This document shows, piece after piece, positions 46,047 to 64,000 of a stretch of 64,000 nucleotides of DNA (the first letter of the stretch is position 1; each line of letters begins with the position of its first letter). The stretch comes from Obrimoposthia wandeli. Its lineage: Eukaryota. The notes beneath the pieces are model-generated. The model did no database searches. It saw nothing but the letters and a program-made list of their open reading frames with translations, and was not told the DNA's origin. Position numbers and translations under genes: made by a program. The stretch covers positions 1-64,000 of the forward strand of contig CDROCS010003425.1 in the NCBI GenBank assembly GCA_977020255.1, in the 5' to 3' direction.

Positions 46047-49000
46047 TCGTGATCTCTCCCCATAACGAACTAAGAATTTATGAATGCAGATTATGCACTT
46101 ATAATTGTCAGTAACTGATTTGTATCAAATATTTAACTTAATAATCAAAAAATTAATTAGAAAATATCTTTGTTAATGAAATCGCTGCAATGATTGTAGA
46201 TCATTTAGTCAGTAGTTTAGTGACATCATGACATCGACTGGCGTTTTTTTCCGATGTAGTTTTAATTACTTTGGGTTGCGAATCAAATTAGGTTCCTGAT
46301 TTTGCTGATGCGTGCTGCACTGCACAAATATTGAACATCCCCGTCTATTTCCACATCAAATCAAAAAATAGCTATAATATATCACTAGTATGCATTTCTC
46401 AACAGGACTATAAAATAAGAAGGTTCCAAAAGAATAGTCGAATATTATTCCAGAAATACACCAATCACAGTATCTGGCTGGATATGGAAAATCAAATGTG
46501 AATTTATTATAAAAAATGCAAAATATGCAGAATCTGTATGTGACCTTTATATATAGACATTTTCTGAAAATATATATTAACTTTTCTGGTTTTTATTTCC
46601 TCCTTCTATTTGATCACTTATCATTTTTTCTTTGTGGTTACAATTCAAATTATCAAAAGTATCATCTATCATTTTCCAAATATCATAAATCAGTTTCATT
46701 TGATGCATATAATAATATTATAAATCTTGTTTTATTATAATTAATTATTTTGAAGGACTTCGCCAAGAAATCTAGACAGAAAAGCGTTTCCTAGTAAACT
46801 TCACTGCAATTTCTGTGCACTACCAAATCCAGTGAGCAGAGAATCAAGACTAAATATCAGCCAAATTCATTAATTATGGAATCCTGTCAACTCTGTCTTT
46901 CAGTTTTGTAAGATTTTAATAATTTAATCAGGAAATTCTCGGGTACAATAATTACATAACGCATTTTACAAGTTAAAATTTGTTTTGCAATGCATAACTC
47001 GGTAGATATGACATATCGCATTTACATTGAGTTAACCGAATATCGAGTAACAACACAAGTTCAAACATCATCTACTCCGGGCGACATTTTTGATAAAAAT
47101 CGCATATTATCATACCTATCAGAATTTTAGTTAGAGTGATGAATTTGTTACGAAATAAATTTCGATAGAGAATGTACAATAGGTTCCGTTTCTACAGAAA
47201 TATTATCCTAATTCACATTATCTTTATTCGACTACTTCAACGGCAATTCAAATGCTCTAAGAAAATTGAATCAATTGAAAACTTACGAGACATACTAAAA
47301 CATAGAGCATAGAGCACATTATGAGCATAGGAAGAATTCCCATCTTCAATTTTAACATTTTTAAGAGTAACAGCAGCATCATTAAATAAAGCAGTAATTA
47401 ACATGTGTTAAATATACATTTTCTGCTAAATTAGTACCATCTCGATTTGTTACTTTTAATTAAACATAAAGCAAAGCATCATTAAAATCTAAATAATTAA
47501 TACTTGAACCATTATTATTAAATTCTCAATCGTTTGAGATTGTTCCTAAAACTGAATTAACTATAAATATATCTTAAAATGAAGCATTTTCTACAACAAT
47601 TTCGTTTGACGGTATCAATAGATATTTTATTCTATTTTTCAATCAATATTTGTTTTAGGTTCATCATGATTATGAGGTGAATGGTCTCTTTCAGATAATG
47701 CTCTTTCAATTTCGTATAAAAAATTATCAATTTGGGACAAATTAGGGCTCATTGAAGGTCATTAGAGAACTATAATATCATTATCAGTAAGAACTTCATG
47801 ACAGTTTTTACTAAATGTGGTAGTGCGTTATCCTGTTGAAATATGAGACCCTACTCTTGTATCTTCGGTAAAACTTGTATTGTTTATGCTTTAAGTTCTA
47901 TTGGATGACATATTCACTTTTTCCATTGTACCATATCATTATTTCTTATTTACCATAGCGATTATGCCCTGTTATACAACCTTTTGTTTTACATACAACG
48001 CACTCCAATACAACCATCATGAAAATCTAACTCAAATTGAATTTAATCTCATCAATGAACGTTTTTCCGTTCATCTTTCAAAATGTTAATATTCTTAAGA
48101 CTAATTTTTTTTTCATTCTATTTTATATGAAAGAGGATTTTTAACTGTAACACAGGGATTTGAACCAAAATTGATTTCCTCTTTTCTGTGTCATCCTGTT
48201 AGTACTGTGTTTCCAATATATTCATAATCTTGTAACTGGAACAAATTTGTTGTGTTGTATCATAATCTTTAAAATTTGATCTTCAGCTTATGATGAAACC
48301 TTAAGCTTTTCACTTAAAACTTTATGAAAACTTTAAAAAACTTCTTCACAATATCGTTTTCATTTTTTTTGTACTGTTGGTTTTGAGACATTAAATCTCT
48401 TCTGGAGGTATCTTAATGAAAGCCCTATCTCCAGTTGAGAGATACATCTTTCTTTTTTCAAATACCGATTAATTTAATGGTTAAATATATAATTAACTGT
48501 TGTTAATCAAATAACAATGTATTAGCGTTTCAACTAGGTGTATCTATTTTGATGTTTATATTGAAAAATTTCCAAAGGGCCAAAACAGAAAGTTGTTGCT
48601 GCCTTTGCAGACGGTCCATACACATTTCAAAGTAAAGATATTTAATTGATTGAGCTTTAAAACATCAAATAATATCAAAAAGAAAATATTCTTTCAGACA
48701 GAAAATATTCTTTTCAATATTCAAATGGATACAAACCTATCAGTTTTTAGCGTCTTTATTTTGCCCCTTTCTAATCTGGAACTCTTTATAATACTTGTAA
48801 TGAATAATAATAAAAAATATGATAAAAGAAGCGTCAGAAAATCCAAACCGGTCATTTAAAACGTATTTTCTTTTGCAAAGTCGTCTAGTTTAGGTGGTGC
48901 CTGAATCCAGAAACTAGAAACAAATATATCCCCATTGCAAAACCAGACAGTAACTGTCATTTTGTCTAAATTTAATTAGAATATCTTGTTTTATTACCCT

Positions 49001-49399
49001 TTTTGTTCAGATTAGCATTAAAAACTCTACTTTCCCAGTAAAAATTTGTAAGAAAACTGTCTTTACTAATTAGAAGAAATGAATAGATATTGTAAAAATT
49101 ACCAAATTTGCAATAAAACAAAAACCATATCCTGTGAACAAATATTGTCATCCAATAATCCAATTGATAAATAATTAATGAAGTAATGCAGTAACCTAAG
49201 ACGACAAATACTTGAGTTATAATATTATAGAATTATCACACTAGCTGCTTATAAGGTAACCGACACATTTATAATTTGCATATTTTTAATATAGTCAAAT
49301 GAACAGTATCCAGACAAGAGAAACATAAACCATATTCTCATTTATACAGCAAGTGTCAAAATCTATGAATGTATATGTGTAAAGTGACAACCAGCATCG

Positions 49400-50130
49400 C
49401 CTTCGCACGTCAATAAGCGGTAACTAAAATGATCAAATACGCGCTGTCAATATTTCATCTGTTCTGTGGTACAAATTATCCCTCAATTTGATGCATAAAT
49501 AAAAATCCTATGATGTCAAATTATGTGATCTCCGGATATTGACTTCAGGCATTCTAATGTGTAATTTGCCGCGCATGGGGAGTTGTTCCGTCTTAAAACC
49601 ACCATGAGCTGTTTGTATCGACTTCTAAATCTTGTAACTCTGAAGGAAATTGTCTTGAAATAAAGCTCTTCAAAACTTCGTGTTCTAATGATTGCCTCAA
49701 ACTAATATGTTCCAAAGATGTTTGTTCTGCTCAGCGTCCCAGAAACCGTTACTTTGGCGATGTGTAAAGGTTTTGTGACGTAAGTAAAAGGATTTGCTTT
49801 TGCTCCAAATCGGTTATTTTGATGCTTAACATAACTGTCGAGATGAAAATGAGCTTCATCAATGATAAAACAGTTGTCATCCCTGAGAAAAATCGGCAGC
49901 TATTTTCCTAACAGTTGAGTAAGGTATGTTGACTTCTTGGCTAACTCGTTGAACGGAATTATCGAGCTGAGTTTGCACTGTATCATCAATAAGTTGAGCG
50001 TCATTTTGACTGCTGCCAGGTCTTCTAGATCTGGACAGATCCTCAACTGAATCAGTTTCCTAAAATCACAACGAGAAAGATTCGACAGTATTGTTTGTTG
50101 GTAAAATTTAATTTACCCCAAAAGTAGCAC
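49400..50130 (-). pseudogene. Mariner-like transposase relic
   Basis: IDEAHFHLDSYVKHQNNRF and WF*DGTTPHAR, with an HTH-region remnant upstream. Confidence 0.75.
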
Positions 50131-51799
50131 AAAAAGTAAATTTGACAAAAATAGAATTAAGAATCAAGTTAAATGGTTTCTTCCAAAAAAACAAATCTAT
50201 CTGCTGAATTTCTTTCTTAATATTGTCGAAATTAAATCATTTCGTTTTAACATTATAGATAATATATGAGTGACCTTCTGTGTAACTTAGTAAATCGAAT
50301 AAAGAAACTTAGTAAGTAATGAATTTTGAAAATAGTTTATAGTCGATTTTAAGACCTGGTGAAACAGATTTAAAATTAAGTAGTATGTAAAACATTGATT
50401 TGGTAAATTATAAACAAAAATTCTCACTTTAATAGACTATCGGCAGACTGTTAAAATCACTGAATTGCTCCAACATTTATATTTAAATTTTCTTGTAATC
50501 AATTTTTATTTTGTAACACCAGAATAAAATTTAATTACCTAGTCACCCAAAATCTGTCAATTTAAATTGTTTCTTTTTATATTAAAAATCAATTTATTTA
50601 AATATTTTAAAATTCATATATTAAATTTATAAAATATTGTTTCCTTATCCTGTTTTTAACGGGGTTTGAATTCAAGATGTTGTGTGAGTGTGCGTACAAT
50701 TTCAACCTAGTAATTGTTTTCATGCTACTAACTGAGCTCAGGTTACAAGTTGAACCATTTGTCGGGTAATGTATTGTACTGTAAGTTGAACTTCAAGTAC
50801 AATTAACCTAAAATGTATCTAGTAACTTTCTAGATTCAATTTAGTAAATACTAACGAGTGTACCAGAACAAAATCCACTTTTGCTAGTACCATAACTCAA
50901 CGGTGATAATCGTCAAAGTTGGAAAGCATATTTATGAAATTAATAGTAAAAATTGTGAATCTGATTGATCTTGCTATAGGTTAAGACCCACAAACTTTCT
51001 AATTAATGATGAAACCTCAAAGTATCGATGATAATAATATTTACGTATACAGACATACTCGAAAAGGTTTTATATTTGATATAGCCTATATGTTTTTTTT
51101 ATAGAAAATGTAACTCATTTTTAATTTATTTCTTTATATTCGTTGGAATATTTTTTATAAACCTTTTAATTGTTTGTTTTATTATATTACTGTAAATGAT
51201 AACTGCGATATCTAAATAGGAAAACAATACGAATGTTAGTAAGATTTCAAAGACTGTCAATGTATTATACTCGGTTTATTAAATTTGTGAAACATGGGAT
51301 TCTGTTAGACCCAATGCAATTCAAAATTGTGTTTTAAAGGCAGCTTTAATTGAAAGATACCAAATGGTTTTAATGTAAATGGCCTGGAATGTAGAGATAA
51401 TATCAATGAAGAACTTGAACAAATTGATTTTAGTAATGTAAGTTCTGAAGAATATTTACAATAGGATAAAAATTGTGAAGTTTATGGAAATTTAAATGCC
51501 GAAGAAATATTTGGTTCGGCCTCAATTTTGAAGAAAATGTTACTGAGGTTTTCGGTTTTCGATTTATTGCGGTTTATAATAAGTAATTTAAATTTTTTTT
51601 AAAGTAATTGAATATTTACATATTTGAAAAGTTTTAAAATTAGAATTGTTATGTTTAAATTTATTAGTTTTCTATAAATTCCATTTTTAAAAATGAATTC
51701 AAATAGAAATTCTGCAGATGCAGTTGAAAACAATAAAAACAACGTAAGGTTATTGGTTTAGAAGTAAAATTATCATAATTAATAAACGTGATGCTGGTG

Positions 51800-54687
<2,888 letters not shown>

Positions 54688-54758
54688 TGTCACACAAATT
54701 ACTTATTTTAAAAAGTGAAAATAAAACTAGAAAAATTAGAAACACAAATGTTTATTAA

Positions 54759-56810
54759 TTATAAAATTACGCTGTGGACCAGTTCAATTATACATCCACA
54801 AAACGGGCATTCTATAACTACAGAGAGGCACTTTAAACACATCACATGACCACATGTAACGAGAGCATATTCGATTGGTTCGCTCATACAAATTTCACAG
54901 GCTACAAATACACCTCCAGAAGTAGAAATTCGAGACTAAATAGAAGATAAAAGATTTGAAAGTCAACTGGAATCTTACATTTGTTTCTGCATTGTACAAA
55001 ACGTTCCAGCACTCGGAATTCTCTTCTGTTAAATGAATAGGTTTTTTGCGTCCCTGATTGAAGTAATACAAATAAGTAAACATCACAATTCTTACCAAAT
55101 TCAGAATATTAACATCTGCTTTCTTCTCCACCAAATATTTTATGATTTCTAATTTTCCATTCTTTGCTGCTAAATGCAGTGCAGAAACTTTGTTCTATAC
55201 TCAAATAAATTCAATATAACCAAATCAAAAACCTTACCGAATCTAGTTCATTTACATTAGCTCCCTTTTCCACTAGATATTTAACAATTTCAGTATGCCC
55301 GTTAGAAACAGCCCTATGTAATGGAGTTCGTCCTACTGAATCTGTTTTTTCTACATTAGCTCTCTTTTCTAACAGATAGTTAGCAATCTCTGGTGTTGGG
55401 AGCTCTAACGCCATATGTAGAGGTGAAAGCTTTTTCTATAAAACATTAATTTGAATATTGAATTTAAACATTACGGCATCAACTGCGTCTACATTCGCTC
55501 CATTCTCAACTAGAAATTTTACTATGTCAATCGATCTCCCTAGAACAGCCTTATGTAATGATGTATGGTTATTCTATAAAGGATAACAATAGACAGAATG
55601 TAGTACGAAATCTTACATTTTCTAAGGCCTCAATGTTTGCATTCTTTGCCAACAAATATACAATAATATCTAGTTTCTTCTCGAAGACTGCTGAATGAAG
55701 GGGTGTCCATTTGCTCTAAATAAAGTTCTCAGTAACGACTTCACAGAACATTACCCAGCTAACTCCATCTATGTAAGCTCCATGATCCACTAAACATTTC
55801 ATAGTTTCAATTCGTCCATGAGCAACAGAACAGTGTAATGGGGTTAATGTACCCTAAAAATAAACATAATAGAAACAAAGAATATAATTAAAAACAATAT
55901 CTGCTGCATTCACATCCGCCCCATTATCCAACAAATATTTAACGATATCAGTATTGCCATCTCTGACTGCGAAATCCAAGGGTGTAGTTTGGTCCTGCCC
56001 AAAGTTAATTGGATATAGTTAAAACTACCTTATCTTTTGTATTTACATCTGCTCCATTCTCCACTAAACATCTAACACTTTCAAAACATCCATATGTTGC
56101 TGCCAAAAACAATGGGGTACGGTCCATCTACAGGGGATAAATATTGTGAGAATGGAGAGAACTATCTTACATAAACAGCTTGATCGACAATGGCCTTCTT
56201 CGACACCAAATATAAAACTATGTCTGTCAGCCCACATTTAGCTGCCATTTGAAGGGATGTCATATTCCGCTAGATAAATGTTAGGCTAAAGTTACAATCA
56301 AACAATACCGAATTAACTGCATTAACATTCGCTCCATTCTCTACTAAAATTTCCACACTTTTAATACACCCATTAATAACAGCCCTGTGTAAAGGAGTAA
56401 AATTCGACTAATAGCTAAATATTATGAATAACGACGAATAAAATGTAACCGTATCCTTTGCATTAACATCTGCTTTCTTCTCCACTAAATATTTTGCAAC
56501 GTTTAATTTCATATGCTCAATTGCAATATGTAGAGGAGAACTTGGAAACTGATAAAATTCATTTTTGTCATTTTAAAATCAAATAATACTTTATATGAGG
56601 TAACATTTGCTCCTTTCTCATAAAGAAACTTCACAATATCGATACCTGCATACTTTACAGCATAATTAAATAGGTTTGATATTATCTGAATGAAAATGTA
56701 ATATAAATTTTCTTCGAAAAATGTAAACCTCATTTTTGTAGTGACTATTCTCTCCTGTTGCAATCAAATCCTGATTATATAATCTCTGTACGTCCTTTAT
56801 ATTGTCTGAC
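54759..56810 (-). CDS. Host ankyrin-repeat (about 12 repeats) plus C-terminal RING-HC protein, probable E3 ligase; 5' end unresolved
   Basis: Mostly 99 nt exons, each one ankyrin repeat (TPLH..A..G...V..L...GA.VN), separated by phase-0 GT-AG introns of 34-43 nt. Last exon 54759-54935 encodes CEICMSEPIEYALVTCGHVMCLKC...CPFC then a stop. Confidence 0.92.
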
Positions 56811-59779
56811 CTGATTGCCTCAAGAAGTTCTACAAGCCTTAATAAACAACAACCATTTATATTATTCGAAATAGAAATTACTTTTGATAATTTAATAACT
56901 TTTTATAAATACCAGAACAGTTTAAGAATCACCTTAATTTTTATCCCTATTTATATTAGTAAACCTAAAAAACACCCTAAAAACTATCTAGAACATTAAA
57001 CCTGAAAAAACGTAACACTAACAAATAAAAAAATGTAGTTATAAAAAAGGTGAAAACTCAGTCGCAAAAAAAATTGAGATAAATATATTACCCTTCGTAT
57101 TGAAATGCAATTTTTCGTTCCATTTTTCAACTATAAAATTTTAAGTTAAAAGATAAACAACTTTACAAAGATTTTTCATAAACATAAAAGCACCGAATTC
57201 TAAATTCATAGAGAATATTAGATTCAAGAAAAACCATACGGATGACTGTGGAAAATGAATTTACTCGTCATTGATAAATCTCTTTTAAATAGTTTTCACT
57301 TTATAAAACAGCAACTCTAAATGTTCTAAAAATAAAGAAAAAAGAGAGAATTAAATATAAATATTCTAATTGCACAATCAGTCTAAGACTTCGTTTTCAA
57401 AAGATGTTTACAGTTCAATAATCCAGATTATCAGTTAAATCACTTGCAAAAATATTAAACAAATTCATATTCAAATTTAGGAAAAATGCTAGTACAAGTG
57501 AACATTTTATGAAGCTACTTTGTTTACCATAATTCAAGAACCTACATAATATCAAAAATTGTATTCTCATTCATTATTAAAAAGCAGCCTTTCGATTTCT
57601 TTTTTATTTCATTTTTTAGTTTTTTTTAGCTCCTGTTCAATATGTAGTTGAAAGTGGTTCCAAGAATTTGTTTATCTAAACTGCTTTTGAGTAAATCTGA
57701 TGTAAAACGAGAGTCAATTAAAACTTTGCACTTATAAAAATAATTCCAACGTTTTAAATAATGAATTTTGAACACTGTTGCAAATATAAATTGCATTTTA
57801 AATAAGATAGAGCAAAAACTGTAGAAGTACATTTAAATGTATTACTGTACTTCTGCAGTTTCGGTTTCATAATAAACAAATACCATTATGGTATAAATAA
57901 TGCAATTTCAAATTCACAATAACAAAATTTCAATGCAATTGATTGTTTATTTTAAGTTTCGGTTTTGGAACTATTTTGTAAAAACACATAGTATTACTTG
58001 CAATCTTAAAACATATCAAAACGAATGTGAACAAGAAAGAGGACTTTCCACATAACATTTGCGGAGTTTCCTTTGAATGGAACTGCAAGACTCTTTTACT
58101 GCTGAAAGATCTATTCGCCATTTCAATTGATTTACATCCACTGCTACCCAATAATTTTCAAACCTTGTCGGCCCAAAAACGATTATATTCATGTTGATAA
58201 CTGGCATGAAGAAATTGCAACAGAAGTTTCTTATATTCTTTTTGGGAGATCTAAATCTTTTGGCCACGTTTCTTAGACTTCGCTAATTTTAAGACATCAT
58301 GGTTTTCTTTGACCATTTAACTTTTTCAGATGTCATTATGAGAGCCTTTCAATTGCGGTTCTTTTATTGATTGTTCCTTAAATTTGTTAAACTGTCATTT
58401 TGAGACACCTTCTCGTAAAAAATAATGTGCCTAGTTTACCTTCACTTTTATATACCAAATAATGCTATACAACTCATATTTACTTTTATAAAACTTCTAC
58501 TGCTTATTTGCTATGTACAAAAATGAAAAAATAACTTTTTAATAATTTTGTACAAAAAATATTATTTATGAAAGGGATTGTTTACTACTGTGAATCAGAG
58601 AAGATAAATTAAAAGTGAGATCTGTAAGTGGTATTTTGCTAATTTTCAGTGAAACTTGAGTGAACGAAATAAGTCCTGGCACCGCATGTCGTTTGTTGCA
58701 ATTGTTATGAAATCCGTCAGAAATGGTTTAATGGTGAAAATCCAAAAATGTCCTTTGGGATACCAATAATCTGGAGATGACCAAGCAACCGTACAGGTGA
58801 CTATTGATTTTTATTCATAAATACTGACGTTGTATCATTGTCTAATCTAACTTACCCTCAACCCTTCGACTGATAACACACTCAAATGACTTACTCGTCC
58901 CATAACCTACATCCAACAGCATTGGAACTGCTCCTTCTCTGTCTTCAGATGACAGTCAAAAAACTCCAAGGTTATGCCTTGCACTTTGAAGACACAAGGT
59001 CAGAGATAATCAACAAAGTAATTGTTAATGATCTAAACACAGATCTAAACTTATCAAAAGATTCAATTTCTAGACAACAAATAACTTTTCCAGGCTTTCA
59101 AATATTCAGCTGCAGAAAGAAAGAAGATTAAAACACGAATCGCAAGTAAGGTCATAGAACATACCTGTGCACAGTGAAATTTCTTTAGACTACGTTGAGT
59201 TTCAGAAACTGTGCATACAATACCTAATTGAGTAGATACTCTGCAGAGGATTAAAAGCGTATGTATGTATTATAAAATAAATTATCCAATTACATTTTCT
59301 GACCAATACTTTTTGGAAGAAGTTAAATTACCAGAAAATATAATATTTACCTTTTCAACAATCTGGAAATGCTCAGAAAATGCAGTCACAGCCTGGGAAA
59401 CCACAAAGCAGTGTCGCATAAATAATCTCACCTGGAGATTCATCGGTTCTACATGAAGTAGAAGACACCTTACGGTGTATTGCTATAGGGAATTTAATTC
59501 CCTGTATGTGTTTACTATGAATATAGTTTTCTTATCTTATTGTTTGCTACTAAAGAACCCATATACTTCCGTTTTTTAGAATCGTCATCGAGAATCTGAG
59601 TTGGTTAACGTAGCAAATGATAAACCAATGGACAGATGGAAATATATTACTCTTCGGATGATTGAAGTTTTTTTATTTGCTTTTCAAATATAAGTTTTAA
59701 ATCAATTTTCCTACATATTTTGATCGATCATTCAGTTCATTAAAAATAATTTGCCAATATAAGTTTTTTTAAGTGAAGG

Positions 59780-59900
59780 TTCTGGGGAGAATTAATGTAT
59801 AGGATTACAAGAAGGATCTGCAACATATCCGTGTTTCCTTTGTTTATGAGACAGTCAACCATTGGCACTTCTAAAACCAGATCAAATACTGATCCCACCT
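59780..59900 (+). pseudogene. DNA transposase fragment (family not assigned)
   Basis: GLQEGSATYPCFLCL*DS resembles the GLQxGxTKYPCFLCxWDS motif of animal DNA transposases. Confidence 0.4.
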
Positions 59901-61141
59901 TTGCATATCGAGTTAGGTTTGATAATAAACTCTTTATAAGCATTAAATGCAGATGAAGTCTCCTTTGCGTTTAAAACTGAAATTTCTCCCAAAAATCTCT
60001 AAAACTAAAATTATGAAAAATTATCTTTAATATTAATAACAATGCGTTGTCATATGAGTCTGAAGGTATAGTAAAGCAAATGATATCCTAGAATTTGAAA
60101 AACGATATCAAGGTAAACCATAAAAGAAAATATTTGTATCATTATAATTAAAAATAAATAAGAATCTCACATGAATCAGTGTATTAAATTGGCCATACTA
60201 CTGTTAAAATCAGACATGGAACTGTAACATGGGTTGAGATTTTCAATTCAATTTTTATTTAAAATGTATTTGGATTTTGAGGGTATTTTCTCAGACCTTT
60301 ATTTTTTTGCTTTTGAAACAGTTCATATTTCTAAATCTCCATGAAATGCTAGATGTCATTAAAATAATTGTCCCGCTTTCTGGTGACCACAAGATTTGTT
60401 TAACGATATTCTTAGGTTTCGTGACCCATAGTTTAAGAAACCTTTCTCTATGCTATGAAGATAATATCAATTATATTAAAGAGCAATTCTTTAGAAAACT
60501 ACAGATTGTTTTGTTATAAACTACAATATTTGTTATAAATAAACCCCAAATCTCCTTGCTGATTTAAACAAAGACAAAATAATAAATTTAGTAACAATAA
60601 AGAATTCATTTCTAATTTCTATTCATATAACAACTCTTCATTCATGATTGAAAGTAGTAATCTAGATTGTATAGATTACTTGATAAAAAATGTTAAAACC
60701 GTTTAAATAACCTAATCGAGAATGAAGAAAGTTATTTTTTATATTATCCAAACTCTTTTTAATGATGTAAATAATGTATAGCTGAGCAAATTTGTCAAAA
60801 TAACCGCCAAGCCCATTCATCTTTAGTAAAAGTTCTAAAATTTACTAAAAATACTTTTCACAATTTTATGAATATTTTTTAAAAAACACTAAATTTCATA
60901 AAAAAAACAAGTCAGAAGAATCAAATAACGAGATAGCTTATGCTTCAAAGCCAAATTGAGAACGTAAAAGTAACGAGGGTAACAACATCGTGTAACAAAC
61001 ATGTTTCTAGTCTAAATGTGTTAGCTTATTACGAAAATGTTATGGTAAAACCTCCATCGCGTCTTCTGTTATTATGAGAATAAATTTATCACTTAATGTT
61101 TGGTAGAGTTTAGAGTTTAAGAACAATTTAAGCAATCCAAT

Positions 61142-61389
61142 GGAGTTTTTTGTTATGAAACCCTTCGTAGTTGTTTGGTTGGAGAGTTCATTAAAGTTTT
61201 TCGGAAATCCGGTGCACTCTCTTCTTTCAATTACGGTAACTTCGTTTGGCATCATAGACAGTCCCGGAGTTTTTTGTTGTGAAACCCTTCGTAGTTGTTT
61301 GGTTGGAGAGTTCATTAAAGTTTTTCGGAAATCCGGTGCACTCTCTTCTTTCAATTACAGTAACTTCGTTTGGCATCATAGACAGTCCC
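61142..61389. repeat. 124 bp direct tandem duplication
   Basis: Units 61142-61265 and 61266-61389 differ at about 2 positions. Confidence 0.9.
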
Positions 61390-63519
61390 GGTATCACTAA
61401 TTTTATAGATTAAACGCTTTATTTTTGAATTTTTTTTTGGCCTTTGATCTACAATTTAGTTCCTCTAACGCATTTCAAGCTACTACATATGAAAGATTTT
61501 GGAGGTAATGCTCAATTAAACAAACACGTTCTTGTAAGAATTACATCATAACAAACAGCAACTCAACAAAGAACGGAACTTAATGTAACTATTATTGATT
61601 TGTATTGAATGGGTCCAATTATTCGGTATTTTAACCTGTGTGATTTGTATGCAACTAGGGAATATGAATATCATAGTGACAGAAAGACATTAACAGTTAC
61701 AAAATGATGTATCATCTAATAGCAAAGATAATGCACAGAGGTTATAACATTTTATTGATCCTTTTTCACAATTCATTCAAAATATCGATGGCTATATCGT
61801 GCCATTGTTATTTTAAATGACCTGCAAACAATTCAATAAAGCAGGCAAACATACGACTAAAATAATAATTTGAAGACTTTCATGTGAGTCGAAATTGATT
61901 GATTCCTGAAAATTCAGCCTTGGGCCTCAGAGTGAATCCCTACAACCCCGCAATTCCCATTCGCCCAATGAAAATAGGTATTGTCCAATAAAGGAATATT
62001 CTGTTTAATATTTATTTAATGGACTGTATAATTCATCTTCTACAAAACCGCGAGTCACCATCTTGTCAAATCCCAAAAAGCCATCATGAACAAGTAAATT
62101 TCTTTGATATTTTTATAAATTTTAACAGTTAGATTTATTGAATTCATCACAATTATTTCAAGATAATGTAAAACTAGATTATTGTTTATTAGTATGAACA
62201 ATTAACAAATATTTAATATTTTAAAATTACTGTTCTTGTAAAATAAAACCATAAATATTATGAAACGTTTGATTTTTAATTCTTTAACTTAAAATCTTCT
62301 TAACGCTTTCTAAAAAAATAGTCAAACTATCTATTCAATAAAAATAATATACATATAAATTTCTTTCTTTAATATACATTAGCTAAAATCAAATTATATG
62401 GAAATTTAACTAGACTAAGAAATTAATTTTTAAAAAATCTATTTATTTTTGTTTTTATTTATCGATAATAACAAGCGAGCAAAATTATCAAAATTTAAAT
62501 TGCTGGTATAGAAAATTGATTTCTTTCTTTTCGTTTCATATTGTTGAGATATACTGAAGAGGGCCCGAAATAATGTTATTGTTGACTCAAAACTTGGGAA
62601 CTGGCTAACCAACATAGAATACATTTGTTTAGAACCAAAACAAATTGTATATTTTTAATTGTACAAAATGTCCTCGACTTTGTAGATTAACGGAACTTTT
62701 AGGAAAACTAATTTCGTTAAAATTAATGCAGGAGTAAATTAATCTAAAATTAACTAAAATGATGATATTCCTTCAAATATATGGTGGTGACACAGTTTTC
62801 GTAGTATGTATTAAGTTATATTTTACAAAAAAAAACACAAGGTAATTTTCTGCATTTACATTAATAGTTAGAAATTTAAAAAAAGTACATAAAATAAAAC
62901 CGGAAAAATTAATTTACATAACTACACTCTAAGTTATTAAGTTGTACAAATTACACGTTAGTCATAACTTTATCAGTTTTATGTCCTCAGTTATTTTATT
63001 CAAATATTGTAACAAAATATTGACTTTTTTATACAATATCTTTTTTTTGCATTTTATCGTTGAAATAATTTTTCTTTTCTGAAAAAGTCTAATTAGTAGA
63101 AATCATGCATGTTTGACTTTAATAGAAAAGCTCTAATTGGCCTTTTCGGATTGTGATAATATCACGGAAAATGGAAAATACCTTTACATCTATATTTCCA
63201 TCTACAATTACTAAGCTATTAATATTTTTCTCTCTCTAAGTTTTGCCACATGTTTTTCTAATTTTTCAGCACTGGAATCAAATTTTCTGTATTAATTATC
63301 TGGCAGATAACACATGTATCAAATCGAATTTAAAAAAGCGTATTCTACAGATCTACACTCATTCGGGAAGAGGGGAGGTTACCGCGTTTAATTTGGCATA
63401 ATTTTAATCATTTGTACAGGATGTTCATAAAGTCACGCAGAACCTGTCATTTCTTATAACTAAGTCGAAAATAAATCTAATAAAATACATTTATTCATCA
63501 CATATTTAGGCTTATCAAA

Positions 63520-63720
63520 TTCACGATAATGTATATCCTGACAGCTTTTGTAAAGTTCATCAGCTGTTATTTTGTTCATTGCTTCAGTAATTAATCTTCT
63601 AAGATCATCAGTTTTAATTCGGCATCGATTATATACACGATTTTTAGGAGTTCCTCAAATATAGTAATCAGCTGGTGATAAATTCGGTAAAAGTGGTTTG
63701 CAGGCATTATCAAAGCGTTG
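63520..63720 (-). pseudogene. Tc1/mariner transposase C-terminal fragment
   Basis: PLLPNLSPADYYI*GTPKNRVY...DDLRRLITEAMNKI. Confidence 0.7.
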
Positions 63721-64000
63721 ACAGATGATTCAAGTGTCAAAATTTCTAAATGGTGGTCTCTATTCAATGTGTCATCAAAAATATAGAGGAAATATAACTC
63801 TGGAGTTGAAACTTACTCAAAGGTAAATGAAATCCAATACAAAAATAATAAAAAAAATTGACGAAGTTTATTAGAATACATTTAAAGAAAAGGTAAGGAA
63901 TTTTTAATTAATTTTTAGTGAATAATAATTTACTGTTGAATTACATCTTGTCTTCCAAATTTTGTCATAAATCTCAGCATATTCAGTATTATTTTCATCA

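Noticed and set aside
47400-48400. Penelope-like RT/GIY-YIG remnants (also 57230-57600)
   Set aside because: Isolated short motifs (LDDIF, YIGNT, LAKIL) lie on inconsistent strands.

Overview
AT-rich eukaryotic (animal-type) genomic DNA, mostly nested mobile elements. (1) 1-11453 is the 3' part of a decayed Ty3/Gypsy LTR retrotransposon. Between pol and a probable ~2 kb 3' LTR it carries ~6.5 kb of cargo: a dual-specificity phosphatase with an intact catalytic motif plus a pseudo-phosphatase copy, membrane-protein ORFs and three tandem RING-H2 units. (2) 9033-26457 is a near-identical 8.8/8.6 kb tandem duplication. (3) 28529-43600 is a fully bounded 15 kb Polinton/Maverick (AG..CT ends, ~97 bp TIRs, TAGGGG TSD). 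It encodes pPolB, integrase, packaging ATPase, a truncated minor capsid protein and a TBP-like gene, has several genes with tiny host-type spliceosomal introns, and shows no recognisable major capsid or protease. Three more footprints of the same Polinton family occur, including a TIR-only mini-element inside the Gypsy integrase. (4) 44-64 kb holds Tc1/mariner, Tigger and hAT relics and one host ankyrin-repeat/RING gene with 34-43 nt introns. All calls come from reading motifs by eye; no database search was run.
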